This document shows positions 23,140 to 36,199 of a DNA stretch of 64,000 nucleotides, piece after piece. The notes beneath the pieces are model-generated. The model did not search any database. It was not told the origin of the DNA and saw nothing but the letters and a program-made list of their open reading frames with translations. Origin of the DNA: Selaginella moellendorffii. Its lineage: Eukaryota; Plantae; Lycopodiophyta. Numbering within the stretch: position 1 is the first letter of the stretch; each line of letters begins with the position of its first letter. Location of the stretch: assembly GCF_000143415.4 (NCBI RefSeq), contig NW_003314262.1, forward strand, positions 5,082,389-5,146,388, read 5' to 3'. A program made the position numbers and the translations under genes.

Positions 23140-26095
23140 GGACATGGCTAAAGACGTCTAAAACTATGTAAAGACATGTCCAATATATTAGTAGGTCAAA
23201 GCCATGATTAAGGCAAGTGGGGGCTTATTACAAAGCCTCCCAATTCTAGATCTTCCATAAAAATGTCTTATCACGGGATTCCCCCCAAGTGAGGGGTTGA
23301 TGCAATATTCATGATGGTGGACTGATTTTCAAAAATAGCATATTTTATACCCACCACAATGGAAGTGGATGCAAAAAGTGTGGCAAAGCTATTTTTTTAA
23401 CAAGTGGTTTGAGTGCGGGGAAGGCCAAAAGAGATTATCTCAAATCGAGATAATATTTTCACTAGGTATTGGGTATTAAGTCAAGTTTAATGGCATTAAC
23501 ACTTCTTGATAGATGGACAAATGGAAAGGGTGAATAGATAATTAGAGGATTATTTGCAATGTTATATCTTCGAAGACCAGACTTATTGGGTTTATTTAGA
23601 ACTTGTGAAAATGTGTTATAACAATTCACCACATTTAAATATTGGGGTGAGTCCATGGGAAGTCATCAATGGGTGAACTATTGAAGGTCCTATGAAACTC
23701 GGCATAGCTGAGTATCATGGAGAGTTACTTGCAATGGAGGTGTTCACGGCAGAAAGACTCAACATTTAGAATCTAATGAGGGATTCCTTGGAATGGGCTT
23801 AACAAAGGCAAATTAAATACGTAAACCAAAAATGCTGGGATGTAAAGTTTTAACTTAGGGATAAAGTGTAGCTGAACACTAAGAACCTAAGGTTACCAAG
23901 TGGGATCAACTGGAAGTTAACCTAAAGATAAAATGCATGTATTTCTGGAAATGAACTGATCTTGAGTTCCTTAAACAGGTTTATGGGGCCTTATGAAATT
24001 CAGGCTTGAATTAGTAAAATGGCTTACCGCCTCTGACTTCCTCAGAAGATAGGGAAGATGCGCCCTATGTTTCACGTGAACTTACTTAAGCCGTACTTTC
24101 TTTAAGGACCCACTTCTCAAGGACCAAGTAAGACATATACCTAAAGTTATCCAAGGGAAAGAAGAATACGAAGTCAAGGCCATCCTCAATGTGTGCAAGA
24201 GCAAGTGATAAGAACGAAAGGTGAGGGAGTTCCATGTGAAGTGGAAAAGATTTTCACACTATGAAGTAACATGGGAATTGAAGGAAAACCTTACAAATGC
24301 ATGAGATCTAGTGAAGGAATTTTTACAAAGTAGAACTATATGTACTTATGCAAAATTTAATTAAAGAATCTATTTGAGAAATTGAGCAATGTCATATGTT
24401 GGGACCCAAAGGCATGCCGAAAGTAAGCTAATTAGCATATGTTAGTGTAAGCAACCAAAGGGAACGATTCGAGAGACGATCCATGGGGTTCAAATATAGA
24501 GGGAAAGGGCCCATGAACAAGAGTGCACCCCCTTTTCCAATCGGTCAAGGGTCTTGGGATAGTTGGAGTTAAGCGTCTTTGGGTTTGAGTAGTACTGGGA
24601 TAGGTGACCTCCCGGGAAGTCCAAACTCAGGAGCTTACATTTGGTATCAGAGGGGTCTCGGGTCCGACTCTGTTGGTTGGCTAGGGGAATCACACCACAT
24701 GTTGATTGACATCTGGCTAGTCCAGTTTGCTCCCACTGGGCTCGACCCGAGGGGTAGGGTGTCAAGAGAGCGAGGCTCTCGGGAGAGTTGCGGCTCTCAG
24801 CTTCCGTTCACGAGGGCGTGAACTTGCAGGGAAGCGTGGTGGATTGTAAGCAACCAAAGGGAACGATTCGAGAGATGATCCATGGGGTTCAAATATAGAG
24901 GGAAAGGGCCCATGAACAAGAGTGCACCCCCTTTTCCAATTGGACAAGGGTCTTGGGATAGTTGGAGTTAAGCGTCTTTGGGTTTGAGTAGTACTGGGAT
25001 GGGTGACCTCCCGGGAAGTCCAAACTCAGGAGCTTACAGTTAGCTAGGTTGACCAAGCATAAAGAATTATACCTGACTCCTTATGGGGATGTCAAATCCG
25101 TAAACGTATTCTACAAAGGTTGGGTTTGAGTCCCAACCCTTTAGTAAAGCAAGGTTGGGTTCAAATCCCTACCCTATACTCCCCAAAGTGTTGTAAACTA
25201 AAGGATCCACAAAAGCATGACCAAAATGATAAAGAGTTCATCAGACAAGACTGAGTCTGAGATCAAGTCCAAGACTGATTTTGAGACCGAGTCCGTGATC
25301 CGAGATTAAGTTCGAAACCAAGTCTAAGACCGAGTCCGAAATCGAGTCTGAAACAAAGTCTGAAGTTGGGTCCAAGATCAAGTATAAGACCAAGTCTGAG
25401 GTCACGTCTGAAATTGAGTTTGAGATTGAGTTCGAGATTGAGTCTAAATACTAATATAGGTAGTGGAATGAAAGCCCAAAGCGTGTGTCTCCCAGAGGGG
25501 GTTGTAAAGTATAGTAAAGATAATGAGGTCCAAGAATCAATTTTCAAAGAACTCTCACTTGAGGTTGAGCCTGAGGCTTATAAGCCTTGGGTGGGAATGA
25601 GTATGGATTCAGGTGGTGCTAAAGGGGCTACCCAAGGAAGTTCTTAAGAGCAACTCCCACTTCTAGAAGGGAAACCAATTGTCGTACTCCTGGCTCATGT
25701 GGAGTGGTGCCCCATTTGAGTACTTTGCAACTCATTGCCCCTCACCCTTTTTAGAGGCTTGGGCCTTTCCTTTGGGATGGAAGTGGGGTAATAGGGGTAC
25801 CCATTAAGCCATAGGGTTTCCCTTTAGTGTCCCAAAGCAAGTGTTGTAGCCAAAGTTTAAGATTTAGAGGGTTCCATGATCAAATTTTGTTGTACCAAGA
25901 GATATTAGGAACCTAGAGGTTTGGTATACTTGGTTGCTTGTGTTTGCAGGGAGTGTAACCAAACCTTAAGTCTAGTTTAACCTAGGGAGGGGGATTGGGA
26001 GAGAACTTCAGAATTCATAGATGGATGGCTAAACCTCTATTGTTTGTGTAGTGAGTTGTTAAAACCAAGTAAAACCAAGTAAAAGCTAGTACAAT
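23140..26095 (+). mobile_element. Decayed chromovirus (Ty3/Gypsy) 3' relic: integrase, chromodomain, 3' UTR and probable LTR
   Basis: YVKTCP, GLLQSLP, VD*FSKIAYFIP, GRPKEIISNRD, GPYEI, FHVNLLKPY, chromodomain EEYEVKAIL..FHVKWKRF..TWELKENL. Degenerate hexamer repeats at 25250-25450 resemble family-B LTRs. Right boundary uncertain. Confidence 0.75.
24446..25038 (+). mobile_element. Intact Cassandra-type TRIM with 5S rRNA-derived promoter segment in both LTRs
   Basis: 194-bp LTRs 24446-24639 and 24845-25038 (4 mismatches counted). TSD GTTAG. PBS TGGTATCAGAG at 24642. PPT before 24845. LTR core GAGTTAAGCGT..GAGTAGTACTGGGATGGGTGACCTCCCGGGAAGTCC matches the plant 5S rRNA A-box/IE/C-box region. Confidence 0.95.
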
Positions 26096-28568
26096 AAATG
26101 AGAACTTTGGTAAGGGATTTTAACTAAGGTTAAGGCCATAATGGTCGGATAGTCATGGTAAATTTACAAATTAGAAAGGAAAAATTTATAACTTACAGCT
26201 ATGCTATATTTTGGGAGTATGGCAATTTGAAGGTTATGCCCCATACATATATGGTATACCCCATGAAAAAATATTATATACATAATCATATTTTGATTGC
26301 TTATATAGCAATTTCAATTGATAGTATACATAATAATTTTGCATGCAACTTAAAAATAATTTATATAATACTCCATAGGTAATTACATAATTATGACCAT
26401 AAATAAAACTCTAAAAAATTATAGTAATAAGATAATTGATTATTTCTCATAATAAAATTTAAAAAAATGCATTAATAATTCTTAAATTTCACATGTAGTA
26501 TATATATGTTGAAATTGATTAAACATTTCTTTTATAGTTTTAGTGTTATGTAGCACTCTTTATTACTCAAATCATGTTATTATTTACCTTTGTACTTTCT
26601 TTAATTTTATGTAAAAATAATTAGAAAATTATATAGTAACTTATCCACACATAAATTTATTTTAAAAATTAAATTTATAATTTTTATTTGTAAAAATATT
26701 AAAATAAATTAAATATTTTAAAAAGTTTAAGTTAAAATAAGCTTTTTTTTATTCAACCTTAATAGAATTTCACACATAACTCTTAATTTATATTTTTTAA
26801 TCTTCACAAACAATCATCATACAATGAGATATTTCCCCACTGTAAGTGGGTATAAACTTTTGATTAAAATTTCTTAGTTACTTTAATATGATATATAAAT
26901 ACAACACTCACTTTTCAAATTCTTTAAGTTTTTTCTTAACTTCTTTGATATGAATGAGTTTTAGAATAACATAATCATAGTTTATAACTTTTGGTAGGAA
27001 CAAGAAAATATTGTTTTTTTAATAAAAAAAATATTTTAGCCTTTAGCAAATACTACATTGTGTAATTCATTGTCAAATATAGTAATATAAGAGGATTTTG
27101 TGAATGAACATTGTTTCATATTTGTTATTTATTTCTGAAATTGTTGGAGCCATAATTGTTAAACTTATATTATATTATACGACACACATTGATTTTAATA
27201 TAAAAATAGAAAATTCATGCAATAAGAATATTGGTCATATATAGTCATATTTTAAAAAATGCTTTTATGTGCCATAAATTCCTTACACATAATTGTATTG
27301 TAATTGTAATACTTGATATCAAAACCAAATTCACTTTGTATTAGTTGGATATAATATCAAAGTTGTGTAGTTGATGAGACTAACAAAATTTAGCAGCTTC
27401 ATATGGGTAATTTCTAAAATTTAAAAGCAATGGCTGGACATCCAAACTACTATGGCAGGGTGATGTAATTAATATTCAAGTCTCTTCATAATTTTTATGG
27501 TATGTTATTGACTCCTTAATTACAAAATTCTGCTCATCATAATCAAGATTCTCACAAAGTTGTAATTTCATGTTAACTTTCAATATCCAAACATAAAACT
27601 AGGGAAAGCATCACAAAGTTGACTTTATCATATATAATTTCTATTTCCAGCTAGCATTATTGTGTTATTCTAATGTGAATATATCCCATTAGGTATAGCA
27701 TTAAAATATTATATTGTCAAAGCTATCACTATAAATGTTTTTTGTTGTAATAATTGTTATAATTGTTTTCATTTCTTCCCATAAACAAATTCATATCCTA
27801 GGAGACTTATGTAGATTTCTCTAGTGCTTTTAAACTTTTAACTAATCTTTATGTTTATGTTTGATTATATTGTGTATATTATTATAGTTGAATTTTGATA
27901 TTGATCTATCAAAAAAGCTAATAAATACATTTATAATGTGAAATACTTAGCTTTGGTTTATTTTTATGATAATTGTTATTTTTATTAGTTCAATAAAATT
28001 AATATTACAAAATGTTTTTATAACTAAAATTATCAAAGTAACCTAACTCTAATATTATACTATTTAAATATTTGTATCCTTAACCTGGAGCAAATGTATG
28101 ATAACAAACAATAGTTCTTGCTCAAGGTCAAGGAAAAGGACCTTTTGGACATGCCTTGCTATACTTACTTTGTGTGGATTGGATGCTTTGGAAATCGTGT
28201 GGGCAATGGGGTGGTACTATGACAACCATGTAGATATGTTTATTAATTTCAAGCAATTCAATTTTGCTGCTGTCCCCTCTAGAGACCAAGTTCAAGAAAC
28301 TGGCTAGGCATGCTCTTGGATGCTATTACATGCTTGGCAAATGCAAGTGCCCTGCTCTAGCTCTAGGTCACAACATTCTATGTTTCATGCACATTAGCTA
28401 CAATCGTGCACACAGGAGGAGTGAAAAGCTAAGATTACAAAAAAGATTAGATTAAACCAATAAAAATACATGCTTTTCTATGGAAATAGAATACAGAAAC
28501 ATTTAACTCAAAAACTCTAATTTATATAAAAGCATAATTCAATATTTATTAAAATCCCACTACTCTAA

Positions 28569-29929
28569 TCTATATATATAAAGCGATAGTGGGGAGGCCT
28601 GGATTCTAGGCCCAGGCTGGGGTTGGTAGCCATGGTTTTTGTAAAAGGTTTGCACTAGCCAATTAGAGGTTGGCACACTTTGGCTAACAATTGGCTAGTG
28701 CAAAAAAAAGAGAAATGTGACACGTGTTGCATCCCCCTTAACTCAATGCAATTTATAGTGGAGCTCCCTTGCTTCAGGGTGCTTGCATTGCACCAGGCTA
28801 TGCCGTACCTCCATATCTCCTGGAAAAATTTTCACCCCTACCTGCTCTATCCTATGGCACTGTAGGCCACAATAATAAAGAAGAATGTAAATCCAAGTTT
28901 GCAAAAGATCTCCACCACCTTGGCTACATTGTCTTTGGTAGTTATAGCCTACTATCATTGTGTTCCATAAAACCGTCCTTGGATATCATGGGGAAATAAA
29001 AAATGTGCTGAGCAGTGGCTATAATTCCACACTTGCCATAAGCATTTGTGACACTGCTCCCTCTTGTGGATCCTAGCATTGAATTCCCTTCCAGTTCTAA
29101 ATCCACCAAAGTCTCACAAGCCATCAGTAGCACTGCTGCAAATATTGGAAGTGTTTCTTCCAGCCTTATGCATTCAAAAACTTTAAAACCATCTTGCTCT
29201 CCCCTATCTTAGTGTATCCCAGTACAGTATGATACAGTATGATGCTTCATCCAATTGAACACTACTTGAGGGTCTAGCATGCTCTTACACTTTGTGGAAG
29301 TGTCAACCAGGGTGTTGGACCCTCAGGGATCAAAGCCCACTAGCCAATTAGTGATCATGGAGAGCAAATTCCAAGCCATAATGCTTTTGGCTACCATGGA
29401 ATCAGAGTTATGCTGACTTTCTTAATTGTGAAATTATCATAGCTTATAAGCTCACTTTCTTAAAGTGAGCTAACATTGAACTCTGGAGGCTCTTGACAGG
29501 ATGGAGGATTAGATGTTTTTCTCCTGCCTAGGATACAGCAAGCAAGCAAGTTTAAAGCAAATTGTCTAGCAATCATCAGATCAGCATTGACATGGTTGCC
29601 AACAGTAGCTATAGCTACATGGCAACAACTTACATGAGCGACAGCCAAAGGTATGTGTTATTTTCTTCTCCCTACCAAAGAAATTTTAGGCTACTAGGTG
29701 GGCTCAACAATAAATCCTTGAATCATTTACTAACTATGATAGGTTGTCCAAGAGAACTTTAGCTTCAAGACTTTTTTTGTAAAGTTCTTTCTTCTATATT
29801 TTGAGAGCTATCTTTAAACACTTTAGCAATTTAGGAGTTAATAAAGCAGCAAACATAGCGAAGCTCAGCAAATCTCTTGAAATGGCATGAAATTTGCCAA
29901 CCACCCAGCATTTGCTGGGCAATTGCTAG
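28569..29929 (+). mobile_element. Non-autonomous Helitron
   Basis: 5' TCTATATATATAAAG preceded by A. 3' hairpin CCCAGCA-TT-TGCTGGG (29904-29919) followed by CTAG and then T. No TSD. Confidence 0.8.
28740..29420 (-). pseudogene. Decayed PLS-class PPR gene fragments inside the Helitron
   Basis: Minus-strand pieces NTLVDTSTKCKSMLDPQVVFNWM, LLMACETL, VTNAYGKCGIIATAQHIF, VLWNTMIVGY, with frameshifts and stops. Confidence 0.65.
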
Positions 29930-30083
29930 TATTAATATATGGCATCATAGTGAGCCTCATAAAGCTTTATTTTTTACAGGTTTGTTAATGGAAATGTTTT
30001 ATTTGAAACAATGTCGTAATAATTTTAATAAAGTAATTTAAATTAAAGCACGGTTTAGGGCTTATCGTGGAGATTTTAGGGCA

Positions 30084-33000
30084 ATGGGGGGCGAGGCGCG
30101 AGGCGACCAGGACGAAGCGGAGGACGAGGACGAGGAAGACGATGTCGATTTTGATCCTTCGCTGCCAGGTATTGCGTCCGGTGTGGCCGGCAGTGAAGAA
30201 GAAGGATGTGTCGTGGTGGATCACGATAATGCGGATGACAAGGAGGAAGATCAGGGGTTTCTCGAGTTGGGAAGCGACGAGGAGGCGATTCTCGACTACC
30301 TGAGCGATGCCGAATGCTCGTCGCCGCACGAGGATGAACTCATGGGCAATGCGCTGGAGGCTCTTCCCGAGCTCCACAGCCCGGCTCACGAGGAGAACAA
30401 GTACGCGCTCGAGAGCGGGGTGGCATCTACCAGCGCCGAGGACGAAGAGACCGTAATGGATGCTATATCGAAGCGAACGCGAGCTCACTACTCGCTGGCG
30501 GACATGACAATGGATCAGCTGGAGACTTTCTTGCAAGAGTCGGACGAGGACGACTACTTCCACAATGTGGATGACGAGGAGGAGTACCGGAAGTTCCTTG
30601 CGGCAGTGGCCCAGCCAGACGAGGGAGAAGGGACGCAGGTTGTCAAGGACGACGAAGATGAAGATGATGAGGACTTTGAGCTTGAGATCGAGGAGATGCT
30701 GGAGAGTGATACCGAGCAGTCTCAAAAGGATAAGCTTGTGGAAAGAAGGCCAGAAACGAGGGAGAAGAGACGCGAAAAGATGCGAAACAGGGAGCGGCCT
30801 CTCGGTTTCACCAAGAACCCGCTAAGGCCGCTGGTTCCTTACCATGTTGTTTCTTCGGACGTGGCTGGGGAGAGCTCGAGCGCCCGGCGGCCCGAAAGCT
30901 GCTTCTCAGCCGCTCAGATCGGACAACTCCACTCCCTTATTCACGAGCATGTCCAGCTGCTGGTTCAAGTATTCTCGCTATGCATATTGGAACCATCTCG
31001 GCAGCAAGTAGCGATCGATACCCATCGAATGCTGATGGAGCTTGTCAACAGGCGCTCCGCTTCGTTTCGCAAGCTTCCGTTCCCGGACTTTTGTTTCCAT
31101 CCTCCTTTTATTCGCCCGTCTGTGGACGATCGACAGCTGGAAGAGCAGAGCATCACAGGAGTGAGAGTTTGGTGTCCTTTTATTGCTGGGCCAGTTCACT
31201 CGGTACTCTCTGTTGCTCCGCTTGATCACGTCAAAGAGTTTCTGGACGAAGTTGCAGTCGGTAAGTCGTTTCTGCAAATTCAAAAATCGATTCTAACCTT
31301 TCTTATCGATCAGCTGTTCAGGAATTTAGGCAGCGGCACGTCCAAACAGGCGCTTCTAACACCCGTTGTGTTAGAGAGCCGTTGTTTCCACTCCCTGATA
31401 ATTTGCAACCGAAAAACAGTTCAAGGCCTTCAAATCAGTCTCAAGTGAAGAAGTCACTGGCGGCACTACTTGTCGAGAACACTAAAAAGCAGGTTATTGC
31501 TCTAGTTCCTAAAGGCATTGTGGCAGCTGCTCAAAGGTTTCTTCCGTTCTTTAATCCTGCTCTGTATCCTCATAAGCCGCCACCTGCTGCAACGGCCAAC
31601 CGTTTGCTCTTCACGGACGCAGAAGACGAGTTAGTGTTTTCTTGGTTGAAGTATTTGGTCGGACTAACAACTCTCTGTTTTGCTGTTTCAAGACTACTTG
31701 CTATGGGGCTTATGGCTTTCAACACTGATTGGAATGCCATACAGCAACGTTTTCTTCCTACGAAGACCAATCACCAGGTCTGCTCATGTGCATTGTTTCC
31801 TTTTTAACTTAAAAAGATCTTACAGATTTTTGTAAGACAAAAAAATCGGAGCTCATCGAGAGCTCCAGAAAACTCTATCAAGGTATGGTTTTCATTGAGC
31901 TTAATAAAGGCAAGCTGATTTTTTTTCAGGCCGTTAGGAGGATGAAAAATTCTTCGCTAACAGTAGAAGAGAAAGAGACTATCCAGGAGGTGAGGGTGGA
32001 CTACCATCTTTCTTCATGGCATTGACGTAGTTTAATGCTTTAGGCCTTAAAATGTTTTAAGTACGACTGGAATAAGGTGTGGCAACATGCTGTTCCTCAT
32101 CGCGATCCTGCTCTTTTGCCGCGCCAATGGCGAACAGCAATCGGGACGCAGAAGTCCTACAAAAGCGATGAAGCATCTAAAACCAAACGGCGGCTACATG
32201 AAGCGAGCAAGCGTCGAATGAGAGCGTTGCAAAAGAACGCAGCAGAATCGCAAGAGGTACTTTCTTCCATGTACATATTAAGCTTGTCTTGAATCTATGA
32301 AGGCTTTCAGGATGGAACGGATGCACTTGGGGAGGTTACTAACAGTGACGACGATGGTGGAGATTGCGATGACACTCATATTCATCAAGCTTTTATATAC
32401 GACTGGAGAGTGGATGCGAGAGTGATAGATAGTCCGGCAACACAAGGCCATTCTGGTGACGCAGCAGTGCATCCTTTACTGACAGGAACAGGGACTCCAT
32501 CTGGTGGCTGCAGTTCGAGGAAGCGGTCCCGAGCACAGACCATCAGACTTGCTCCTGGACTTCCATCACTTAATCTTCCTCCTCACGTAAGGGTGATATC
32601 TCGGTCAAGTATGCATTCGGATGCACAACCGGGAAATTCTCGAGCAGGCCAACATACAAACAGTATTCATCCCCTTCTACTTCAGCCGACCGAGAAGCAG
32701 TTACCAGCTGCCATCAGGCCTTTTCCAAGCTACCCCCAAACGGCTTTCCATCCTTTTTTTGGAGCAAAGTCGTCTGGATCATCAGAAAGCGGAAGTGCGT
32801 CTCAGGCGATTAACGTTCATCCTCTTCTACGACAACCTCACGTACCACCAAGGGCCAGAGATAAAAGTGGTGAGATTCTCAACAACGATCTCGGCCAGGG
32901 AAAACAGTCGGGTGCTAGGATGGAGAAGGTTGACAGCTGCTTGGATAAGGAGAACAGCAAAGACATTTTCATGAACCAGGAAGAACTTAGCGACTCGAAA

Positions 33001-33444
33001 GACGAGACTGAGGACTGCCGGGTGCAATTTGAATGCGAGGAAATGGGCGATTCGGACAAAGAGTGCTCCGAAGCTGTGGAAGAAAAGGTGCGTGTTATCT
33101 TTCAAGTTTAGTTTTCTCATCTGTTTTCATCCATGGTAAATGTAGCAGAAAGAAGAGATCGAGTTTGAGGTGGAAGATATTGACAGTGAATCTGAAAGCA
33201 TGAGCGAACCAGCTCGAGCGAAAGAATCGTCGTCTTCTGCTGCTACGAATGTGGTGCATGAGGCCGCAGTTCCGAAACTTCATTTCTTAAGGCAATTTGG
33301 CAAAGACAATGGTAAGGCACTCTGATCATTACTTTCGCTTAACGCTTTCTATGATGTGCAGAGATCGACACGACTGCTATGGAGGCGGCACATGTTTTAG
33401 CGGTGATCCACCAAAATGCTCCCGAATTCAGGAAACCTTTTTGA
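30084..33444 (+). CDS. DUO3: DUO POLLEN 3-like homeodomain-like protein (GON4L-related), multi-exon
   Basis: Acidic N-terminus. DAISKRTRAHYSL..QLETFLQESDE..NVDDEEEYRKFLAAV, QIGQLHSLIHEHVQLLVQVFS, LLFTDAEDE, NTDWNAIQQRFLP, IFVRQKNRSSSRAPEN, VPHRDPALLPRQWRTAIGTQKSYK. Last exons and stop at 33444 inferred from splice signals. Confidence 0.88.
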
Positions 33445-34661
33445 CGAGTAAGACGCGTCGACAGCTGTACGTGTGCTCGGCATTAAGGTACTTCTCGCTT
33501 ATGTACGACATTTTTTTTAGAATGTATATATAGCTACTGAGCTCGAGAGACGTGTCTGTGATCGGTCTTACGCCGTATACGCGGTTTGCAGGCAACATAT
33601 GCCAAAATCTCTTGGCACGTCGTTTTACATTTCTGGTGCCAGTTTTCTAATATGTCTGTTTTCCGCCTCAGAAGAAGAAAAACTAGCGTCTGGAAGATTA
33701 TGGACTTGGTTCTTCTACTTCTTCTTCGCCGTCGTCTTACCTTCCCGTCGTCTTCAACTTTTGTAAGCTTGGCAGTTTCTACCAGTAAAGGGCTTGCATG
33801 TTACTAATACTGTGCATTCTGCTAACTTTTTTCTCTATAAGACAATCGAAGTGTTCACACCTGATGCGGTGATGGTATGCTTTCGTTCGCTTTGAACTAA
33901 ACTGACAGGTTACTTGATCAAATGCAGCGCAGAGGCATTGCTTTTAACAAGGAGACCATTGTTATCGAATCTCCTGCAGCAAGTTCTTCCACACGACAGT
34001 TTTAAAAAAGGTGAATAACTGATTAAAAAATTGGATCTTATTTCTGCGTTTTTCACTTACGCTTCTAGAGATTCTGCTGGACCACTCTAGTGTTGAAGAA
34101 GTAAGTTGCCAAGTAAAACTGTCCAGCTTGAGCACGTGATTGGTCGTATCGCTGCCGCTTGGCCAAGACAAAAATGCGTCACTCTCAGTCTATCATCAGG
34201 TACAAGAGTTTCCAAATAATTTCTGCTTTTTATATCGTCGTTGATAGGTGTAAAAGCTCGGGAGTCGCAATCGCGAGATTAGAAAACATCCTTTTGCTCC
34301 CGAGAGAATTGAACACTGGACGGTATTCCTTTGTACGTGTCCCTCTTCGACGCTCTGCTGCTTTCCTGCGCGTGTTGATTGCTGCGTCTTCCTAGATAAA
34401 GAAACAAGATAGAACGAGATGAACTTGAGCCCATTAGTGTTGGGTCCTTCTCTCTGCTTCTTCCAGAGATTTCGATTTCGTGCATTTCTCTTTTGCATTT
34501 AATAGCGCACTGCTGAGATTCGCGCTGCTCTGTCTGAAAGCTCTAGAACAGATCAAAGATTTCCTGGAAGCGTGAAGAACTTGCTAGAACTAGAAAAGGA
34601 GCACTGGCTTGTGGCTTTTAGGCGGTCGTTTCTTCTCCAGCAAAAAATGCAGAGCTGAATC

Positions 34662-36030
34662 ATGGATGCTCTTGGTCACAAGGCGTGCAATTTTGCGGAC
34701 GTCGAATACTTTTGTCAGGTATGGCTGAATGGTTCTTGAAAACAAGCGTGGTTTTCTTCTCTCTTTTTTCGCAGGAGCTGCCGCATTACAGCGATTGGGA
34801 ATCAAATTCATTTCTTCCCTTGAATTTTCCGGATCCTTCCTCCGTTCCAACTCTTTGTCACAATTTGGCCAGTTCTCTTCCACATTGCAGCAGCAGCAGC
34901 AGCAGCCTTGTCTTGGCCAACCAGGAACTCTTGAGGTCTGAAGTTCCCAACGGTTTCCAGGATTTGGGATTTTTTGGTAGTTTTTTAACGACTATAGGCT
35001 CCGAGGCTAATCACTTCACAGGAGCCACTAGCAACCACTTGACAACGCCCTCTGGGAACTGTTGGAACGCATGCGCCGCACAGCTCCCTTATGAAACGGC
35101 GAGCAGCTCAATCTCATCTGAAGGACTTGTTCTAGATCCGGATTCTTCCGATGGCAACTTACCAAGACAACGTGAAGCAGCCGGTGAAGCTGACGATTCG
35201 TATAAGAAGCTGTCAACAAATGCAGAAGAACAGGCTGTAAGCAGTGTCCTCGAACGCAAAGACGTCTTAGATGGCGGCGCCGCCGAGTTTACCGAAAGGG
35301 ACAATACCGGGTACAAGACAACAGGATTCCACGGAGGGAAGAGAGGACTACCCGCGAAGAACCTCATGGCGGAACGAAGACGGAGGAAGAAACTCAACGA
35401 TAGGCTCTACACACTCCGCTCGATTGTTCCCAAGATCAGCAAGGTAAAGTCAGTCAGCCTTTCGTTTTTCTTTCATTATCTCAGTTTCGTGGGTGTAACA
35501 GATGGATCGGACCTCAATCCTGGGGGATGCCATTGACTATCTGAAGGAACTGCAGCAGAGAATAGAGACCGTCTACACCGATCTCCAAAGTCCCGTTATG
35601 AGCTTTGCAAGCAAGCAGAAGCTTTTGTTCGAGGAAGAGCTTCAAACCAGCGTGACGTTTCCAATGGAGGTAAGCAAACTTTTTTCTTCCATGGATTTAT
35701 AGTGTTGGGAACCCCAGGTTGACGTTCAGACGAGCGGTGCCAATGCTATAAGCATACACATGTTTTGTGAGCAACGGCCTGGTCTGTTGCTGTCCACAAT
35801 GCGCGCTCTCGATGGACTGGGAGTCGACGTGCAAGAGGCCGACATCAAGTTCACGAATGGCTTCCAACTGGAAATTTATGCCGAGGTGATGAAACCGCAA
35901 CTTTTCTAATATTTCTGATGTTCTCTCTTCTGGCTTGCAGCAATCAACGAAAAAACTAGCTAGCCCCGAAGAGATCAAAGCTGTGCTAATGCACACTGCG
36001 GGCTACTTCAATCCAGTGATGCCGTGCTAG
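34662..36030 (+). CDS. ICE1/SCREAM-like bHLH transcription factor with C-terminal ACT-like domain
   Basis: [33 protein letters not shown]|[60 protein letters not shown]. Start at 34662 inferred (19-codon first exon, phase-0 intron). Confidence 0.88.
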
Positions 36031-36199
36031 CTTTGCACTTCTAACATATAAAACCAAAACCCAAGGTAACATCTCAATACAATTCTAATGCTTGTTTATT
36101 CTAGTTTACTAGAGCTCGAAATCTAGCCAGCAAGCAAGAAAGTATTCAAGTTTCGGAGCTTTCTTTCTCGAAAAGCTTGCAAACTTTCTTCTCGATCAC

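Noticed and set aside
24540-24625. 5S rRNA gene
   Set aside because: Only the internal ~60 nt is present, and it is embedded in TRIM LTRs; it is not a full 5S gene.
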